Below, piece after piece: positions 59,077 to 64,000 of a stretch of 64,000 bases of DNA. This DNA comes from an uncultured delta proteobacterium (GTDB lineage Bacteria; Desulfobacterota; Desulfuromonadia; Geobacterales; DSM-12255), in NCBI GenBank assembly GCA_963787125.1, contig CAWBBV010000007.1:32001-96000 (forward strand). Direction: 5' to 3'. Made by a program: the position numbers and the translations under genes. The notes below the pieces were generated by a model that saw nothing but the letters and a program-made list of their open reading frames with translations, was not told the DNA's origin and made no database searches. Each line of letters opens with the position of its first letter. The stretch's first letter is position 1.

Positions 59077-59955
59077 ATGAATGAATTGGTTCAGGTCGTT
59101 AACATTGAAAAGCGTATCTACACCATACGCGGCTTACAGGTGATGCTGGACCGGGATCTGGCGGAACTCTTTGAGGTGAAACCAATACGGCTTCGCGAGC
59201 AGGTCAAACGCAACATCGATCGTTTCCCGGAAGATTTCATGTTTCAGATCTCCGAAGATGAGGTCGATTATTTGCTATCGCAAAATGCGATACCTTCCAG
59301 AAAGCATCTCGGAGGCACTCTGCCATATGTCTTCACGGAACAAGGTGTTGCTGGGATATCTGGGGTATTAACCAGTAACAGAGCCATAGAGGTAAACATT
59401 GCCATTATGCGCGCCTTCGTGAAAATGCGTAAGTTTCTGGCAAACAACGCCGATCTCTTTATGCGATTGGAGAGTATCGAAAAACGCCAACTGGTGCATG
59501 AAATAAAAGTCGATGAAAAATTTGAGCAGCTTTTCAACGCACTTGAAGACAAAAGTATCAAGCCAAAGCAAGGGATATTTTTTGATGGGCAAATCTTCGA
59601 TGCCTACGCCTTTGTTTGCGACCTGATTCGCTCCGCCAGACAGCGGATTATTCTGATCGACAACTATGTGGATGAAAGTGTGTTGACTCTGTTATCCAAG
59701 AGTGAGACAGGGGTAAAAACTCAAATCCTGACAAAAAGCATCGGCAAGGCATTGGCCCTGGATATCGAAAAATTTAACCGGCAGTACCCGGCAATTGACG
59801 TGCAAACGTTCAATTCATCGCACGACCGTTTTCTCATTATCGATGATGACATTTATCACATTGGTGCTTCGCTGAAAGACTTGGGTAAAAAATGGTTTGC
59901 CTTTTCGAAGATGGAAGTCAGCGCGATTGAAATGCTGCAACGGGTGAAGATGTGA
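59077..59955 (+). CDS. ORF6N (KilA-N-like) DNA-binding protein with a C-terminal PLD-like domain
   Basis: IYTIRG.QVMLDRDLAEL...VKRN..RFPEDFMF...PYVFTEQGV; C-terminal LIDNY and HDRFLIID...YHIGASLKDLG. Confidence 0.88.
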   Translation: MNELVQVVNIEKRIYTIRGLQVMLDRDLAELFEVKPIRLREQVKRNIDRFPEDFMFQISEDEVDYLLSQNAIPSRKHLGGTLPYVFTEQGVAGISGVLTSNRAIEVNIAIMRAFVKMRKFLANNADLFMRLESIEKRQLVHEIKVDEKFEQLFNALEDKSIKPKQGIFFDGQIFDAYAFVCDLIRSARQRIILIDNYVDESVLTLLSKSETGVKTQILTKSIGKALALDIEKFNRQYPAIDVQTFNSSHDRFLIIDDDIYHIGASLKDLGKKWFAFSKMEVSAIEMLQRVKM

Positions 59956-60154
59956 ATGGGGGGATGGTTTGCTGATTGTCAATTGGGAGTTGGAGCGGTT
60001 GAGCCGGGGCTGAGTGGTCGGGGGGAAGGGGTGAATAAGGGGCTGGCATGTGAATACAAAAGCAACTTTGCATCTTGGAAGCCTGGTACCAGGTGTTTAC
60101 GTAAAGAGGCTGGAAACTTAAATGTCTGTTATCTTTTTTATTTTGGAGGGCATT

Positions 60155-61381
60155 ATGAAATTGCGAATCGTATTGCAGTTGTTTGTTCTGCTGTTAACTG
60201 CTGCACAGGCTTTTGCCGGCTTTGATGAAGGATTGGCTGCAGCGAAAGCTGGTAATTTCAAAACTGCTTTGGCTGAATGGCGACCGTTAGCCGACCAAGG
60301 GAATGCCAGTGCACAATATAATCTTGGTGTAATGTATAGCAATGGCGAAGGTGTGTCGCAGGACTTTGCTGAAGCTGCCAAGTGGTATCGCAAAGCTGCG
60401 GATCAAGGGAACGGCAGTGCACAATTTAAGCTTGGTTTTATGTATGATGTTGGCCAAGGTATTTCCAAGGACTTTGCTGAAGCTGCCAAATGGTATCGCA
60501 AAGCTGCGGATCAAGGGATTGCCAGTGCACAATCTAATCTTGGTTTTATGTATCATATCGGCAAAGGTGTTTCCAAGAATTTTGCTGAAGCTGCCAAGTG
60601 GTATCAAAAAGCTGCGGGTCAAGGGAATGCCAGTGCACAATATAATCTTGGTGTAATGTATGCCAATGGCCAAGGTATCTCCAAGGACTCGGCTGAAGCG
60701 GTCAGATGGTATCGTAAAGCTGCGGATCAAGGGGACGCCAGTGCGTACAATGGACTTGGATTCATGTATTTCAACGGTCTGGGGTGTGACAAGGATACTT
60801 TCACCGGAATGAAGTGGTATGCCATAGCCGCATATAACGGCATTGAATTGGCAAAGAACATCTTTGAGAAACATGAGAATGAATTCACTCCTGAAGTGAT
60901 TGCCAATCTCAAGGATGCTGCAAAAGTCTACAGACCCAAAGCCCTGAAGATGTCTCCTGATGACGAGGCCTCCTGGCTCAATACTTACCGTAAGACCTTT
61001 GCCGAGGCTAAAACCTACGGACAAATGAAGCGCTTTATCACTCTATACGTGGATGACGACCCAGAGAACCTGCTCCCAAAGGTGAACGACAAGTTGATTA
61101 CACTGGCCGTTGAGGAGAGTAAGAGAGCAGAAGCTGAGGAAAAAAAGCAAAAGGCAACGCTAAAAAAGCGTCAACAGCAGTTCATAACCAAGCTGAAAAC
61201 AGGCTCTGACAGCCACTGCGGCATGGTTATTGAGATCAAGAAGCCGCTGGCAAAAATCCAGACAATGGTTGGCGAAAAGTGGTTCAGAATCGAGCAACTC
61301 TATCCGAAAGGGGATGCTGACTGTAGATTTGTCAATGGTGAGTACGTAGAAAAGAAAGAACAACAAGCAGCGTTAAAATAA
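60155..61381 (+). CDS. secreted Sel1-repeat protein with an uncharacterised C-terminal domain
   Basis: Signal peptide; five AQ.NLG.MY..G.G...D..EA.KWY.KAA.QG units; GGAGG RBS. Confidence 0.9.
   Translation: MKLRIVLQLFVLLLTAAQAFAGFDEGLAAAKAGNFKTALAEWRPLADQGNASAQYNLGVMYSNGEGVSQDFAEAAKWYRKAADQGNGSAQFKLGFMYDVGQGISKDFAEAAKWYRKAADQGIASAQSNLGFMYHIGKGVSKNFAEAAKWYQKAAGQGNASAQYNLGVMYANGQGISKDSAEAVRWYRKAADQGDASAYNGLGFMYFNGLGCDKDTFTGMKWYAIAAYNGIELAKNIFEKHENEFTPEVIANLKDAAKVYRPKALKMSPDDEASWLNTYRKTFAEAKTYGQMKRFITLYVDDDPENLLPKVNDKLITLAVEESKRAEAEEKKQKATLKKRQQQFITKLKTGSDSHCGMVIEIKKPLAKIQTMVGEKWFRIEQLYPKGDADCRFVNGEYVEKKEQQAALK
60290..60760 (+). repeat. 108-bp tandem repeats encoding Sel1 units
   Basis: Near-identical blocks such as CAAGGGAATGCCAGTGCACAA...GCTGAAGCTGCCAAGTGGTATC recurring every 108 bp. 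Confidence 0.85.
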
Positions 61382-61434
61382 CAAAATAGCGGGGATTGGA
61401 CTGACCCCATGTAGCAAATATACAGGAGGCACTT

Positions 61435-61965
61435 ATGAGGCAAAAACTGATACTTATACTGGCACTTTTTATTATATTTACAGGGAACGCCTTTGCAGCA
61501 TCTCAAAAAACTATCAAGGCCAAATTACTCACTGGTCAAATTGCGTCTGAAAGTCACGGTTCAGACGTTGTTGCTACAATACTACATGAACCTTACAACG
61601 AGTGCTTCATTATTGGTAAAGCGAAGGCCAATATGGAGAATAGGATAATTTCAATTGAGTTCAACAATATCAGCTGTATTACAAACAATAGCGCAATAGA
61701 GTATTCTCTTAATAATTGGCCTGTAATAAGTGGCAGCACGATAGGCATAAAAGCTAAAAAAGGGACTACAAGCAAAAGCACTTTGGCAATCATTGACTCA
61801 AATATTGCGCTTTTAACTAAAATAAAAGCAAATATCTCGCAAAACAATGAACTCATAACGATGATCAAGAGTTTAGAGTCTGCAAAAAATGGATACTTGT
61901 ATCTAGAAAGCGGCTCTATAGTCAGTATACAGGCTAATGGAGATCCCGTACAAATCCACCCTTGA
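61435..61965 (+). CDS. secreted hypothetical protein, possible stand-alone TraB/VirB10-like beta-barrel
   Basis: AGGAGG RBS, signal peptide ending AFA, ECFIIGKAKAN...ISIEFNNISC; AT-rich. Confidence 0.55.
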   Translation: MRQKLILILALFIIFTGNAFAASQKTIKAKLLTGQIASESHGSDVVATILHEPYNECFIIGKAKANMENRIISIEFNNISCITNNSAIEYSLNNWPVISGSTIGIKAKKGTTSKSTLAIIDSNIALLTKIKANISQNNELITMIKSLESAKNGYLYLESGSIVSIQANGDPVQIHP

Positions 61966-62047
61966 CCTAAGAGGATAGGCGGTGTCGGCCCTTTAAAGTG
62001 GAACCACTGCAAGTAGCCCTATGTTCAAAAACAATGCTGGAGCTCCA

Positions 62048-62446
62048 ATGGACCACGAACGGCTACAAGAAAGAATCGGAGATTATCTAAAGGCTGCCGG
62101 GCAGCTGGAAAAAGCCGCTCGACAGCCAAAGGACGAGTACTTGCGAGACTCGGTGATTCAGCGGTTCGAGTTTACCCACGAGTTGGCCTGGAAGATGCTC
62201 AAGCTCCGTCTGGAACAGGAACATATCTTTGCGAGAACACCGCGGGAAACGCTGCAGGAGGCGCTTCAGGCCGGTTTTATCGAGGACGGCAACGCCTGGA
62301 GCGATCTGCAGAAGATGCGCAATCTGACCAGTCATACCTACAATGAATCGTTGGCTGACGATGTCTACGGTTTCGTCATCGAGCATGGCGTTCGGCTGTT
62401 CCGGCAACTGGCGGACAAGGCTTCATCATGGCTGACGACAAACTGA
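62048..62446 (+). CDS. HEPN / nucleotidyltransferase substrate-binding (HI0074-family) protein
   Basis: RDSVIQRFEFTHELAWK.LK and RNLTSHTY (Rx4H). Confidence 0.9.
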   Translation: MDHERLQERIGDYLKAAGQLEKAARQPKDEYLRDSVIQRFEFTHELAWKMLKLRLEQEHIFARTPRETLQEALQAGFIEDGNAWSDLQKMRNLTSHTYNESLADDVYGFVIEHGVRLFRQLADKASSWLTTN

Positions 62447-62760
62447 TCTTCGGTCTGGCCGAACACCATTACCGGACGCTCGTAGAAGTATTCGGGCGTT
62501 TTTGTTCCATTGAACGGGTGCTGATTTTCGGCTCCCGGGCTAAGGGGACTGCTGCTCCCTGGTCGGATATAGACCTGGCGGTGATTGCCCCCGGGATGTC
62601 AGATGGGGAATTTTCACGGCTTTTGCAGGAGCTGGAGGCACTCCACCTAGTGTTCAAGCTTGATCTAGTGCACTGGGACAGGCTCACCGGTCAGCCGAAG
62701 CTGCTGGAATCGATCGAAAGGTATGGCCTGGATTTCCTACAGCACGGTAAGAGTTTCTGA
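62428..62760 (+). CDS. minimal nucleotidyltransferase (MNT)
   Basis: LIFGSRAKG....WSDIDLAV...KLDLV; overlaps the HEPN gene. Confidence 0.9.
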   Translation: MADDKLIFGLAEHHYRTLVEVFGRFCSIERVLIFGSRAKGTAAPWSDIDLAVIAPGMSDGEFSRLLQELEALHLVFKLDLVHWDRLTGQPKLLESIERYGLDFLQHGKSF

Positions 62761-62806
62761 CAATACCGGCAAACACATTACCAATCATAACTCGAAGGAG
62801 ATATAT

Positions 62807-63250
62807 ATGACCCACAAACTAAGAAGCAACAGCGGCTTCACCCTTATTGAGATCATGGTTGTTATCGTCATTCTGGCCCTGCTGGCAGCGCTGGTCGGTC
62901 CGAAGATCATCGGCAGAAGTGATGATGCCAGGGTTGCCGATGCCAAGGTGCAGATACGGAACATGGAGACTGCGCTGAAACTCTACAAGCTCGACAGCAG
63001 CGCCTTTCCGACAACGGATCAGGGGCTGTCGGCCCTGGTTTCAAAGCCGACAACAGGGCTCATTCCGAAAAACTTCAGAGCAGAAGGTTATCTGGAGAGC
63101 AAAACTCTGCCGAAAGATCCATGGGGCAATGAGTATATTTATCTGTCCCCAAGTGAGCATGGCGACTATGAACTCTGTTCCTGGGGTTCAGACGGTGCCA
63201 AGGGGGGCGAAGGGAAGGCAGCGGACATCTGCAGCTGGAACATGCAGTAG
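62807..63250 (+). CDS. gspG: type II secretion major pseudopilin G
   Basis: GFTLIEIMVV, ALKLYKLD..FPTTDQGL.AL, PKDPWGN.Y; AAGGAG RBS. Confidence 0.96.
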   Translation: MTHKLRSNSGFTLIEIMVVIVILALLAALVGPKIIGRSDDARVADAKVQIRNMETALKLYKLDSSAFPTTDQGLSALVSKPTTGLIPKNFRAEGYLESKTLPKDPWGNEYIYLSPSEHGDYELCSWGSDGAKGGEGKAADICSWNMQ

Positions 63251-63392
63251 AGGCTGAAAGGCTAAGGGCGGGAACTGGGAATTGGAATCTGTAAAGGCCA
63301 AAAACAAAGGGCGTGAACTGGGAGCTTGGAACTGGAAAAACTTTACAGATCCCAGTTCTCGCATTTCTGGACTTTCCAGTTCCCAGGTTTCC
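63251..63392. repeat. palindromic 7-/8-mer repeat element overlapping the gspH 5' end
   Basis: GGGAACT-GGGAATT-GGAATCTGTAAAG and GTGAACT-GGGAGCT-TGGAACT, opposite CTTTACAGAT-CCCAGTT...TCCAGTT-CCCAGGT. Confidence 0.65.
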
Positions 63393-63881
63393 GGCTTCAC
63401 CCTCATAGAGCTGCTGGTGGTTCTTGTACTGCTCTCCATAACTGCCGCCCTGGTAGCGCCACGCCTTCCGGCAACTGACAGCATGAATCTGAAGAGCTCG
63501 GCGAGATCCATGGCCTCACTGCTACGCTATTTAGGAGAGCGCTCGATCGGCAGCAAGAACATCTATCGCCTCCATATCAACATTACTGATAACAGCATGA
63601 AGGTTACCCGAAAACTTGCAAGCGGAGATGAAATCCCGCCGGATGATCAGCTGCTTGCAAGGAGTGTCCTTGCCGCTGGTGTTACTATGACGGCTGTGCA
63701 GAGCCCCAGGCTAGGCAAGGTGACGGAGGGAGAGGTGCTGATCGATTTTGGTGCCGGCGGTCTTTCCGAGTTTCTTACCGTTCACTTGAACTCCCCAAAA
63801 GGAGAAAGCTTTACTGTCGTCGCTTATCCTCAAGGGGGGAAGGTCAAGCTCCTCCCTGGTTATCAGGACGTGACCCTGTGA
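63282..63881 (+). CDS. gspH: type II secretion minor pseudopilin H (start uncertain)
   Basis: GFTLIELLVVL prepilin motif; located between gspG and gspI. Confidence 0.82.
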   Translation: MESVKAKNKGRELGAWNWKNFTDPSSRISGLSSSQVSGFTLIELLVVLVLLSITAALVAPRLPATDSMNLKSSARSMASLLRYLGERSIGSKNIYRLHINITDNSMKVTRKLASGDEIPPDDQLLARSVLAAGVTMTAVQSPRLGKVTEGEVLIDFGAGGLSEFLTVHLNSPKGESFTVVAYPQGGKVKLLPGYQDVTL

Positions 63882-64000
63882 AAGGCTTTACGCTTCTGGA
63901 GGTGCTGATATCGCTGGCAATTATGGCTGGCGTTATCATGACCGTGATTGTCTCCTTCAACTACCACCTCGGCATTGTGGTCCGGGACAAGGAGGAGACC
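63878..64000 (+). CDS. gspI: type II secretion minor pseudopilin I (partial)
   Basis: GTG AAA GGC TTT ACG CTT CTG GAG = MKGFTLLEVLISLAIMAG, overlapping the gspH stop. Confidence 0.8.
   Translation, partial: MKGFTLLEVLISLAIMAGVIMTVIVSFNYHLGIVVRDKEET

Noticed and set aside
59956..60225. 89-aa ORF and G-rich stretch after the ORF6N gene
   Set aside because: Overlaps the better-supported Sel1 gene and has no motif; the G-runs are too irregular to claim a structure.
60290..60760. Regularly spaced repeats as a CRISPR array
   Set aside because: 108-bp in-frame coding repeats (Sel1) with no unique spacers and no cas genes.

Overview
Chromosomal window from a Geobacteraceae-like deltaproteobacterium, inferred from gene content and order. 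1-37.6 kb is mostly core genome: hisG-hisI, rpsF-rpsR-DUF2232-rplI with an S6:S18 leader, rluA-family, hpnJ, dciA-like, a tRNA m6A37 methyltransferase with a fused Cys-rich domain, mlaE, two Lon paralogues, ABC-F, RNase E/G, a CoA-transferase/3-hydroxybutyrate dehydrogenase operon, cobD, a WYL regulator, yajQ, two lolA-like genes, a reduced Dif-like chemosensory cluster, thiL, hsp20, a TPR protein and an acyl-CoA ligase. About 37.6-51.6 kb is an integrase-free defence island. It holds a WYL regulator, a predicted HhH-GPD DNA-glycosylase-like gene, a type I R-M system with a toxin-antitoxin-like pair after each hsd gene, a 189-bp duplicate of the hsdS 3' end bracketing an XRE-Zn-peptidase/PIN cassette, an ankyrin protein and an acidic-tailed protein. 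The most notable signal is one palindrome (GCGAC-N7-GTCGTTTT) at both ends of the island. Each copy sits 10 nt upstream of an inward-facing -10-like hexamer, the geometry known for DriD/PafBC-type WYL activators. This suggests a WYL (ssDNA/damage)-controlled defence regulon. 51.6-64 kb carries mqnD-mqnB and a type II secretion operon (gspC-I) interrupted between gspF and gspG by a 3.8-kb cargo: ORF6N, Sel1, an orphan TraB/VirB10-like domain and HEPN-MNT. No rRNA, tRNA, CRISPR array, transposase or integrase was recognised. All assignments come from motif recognition by eye; no searches were run.
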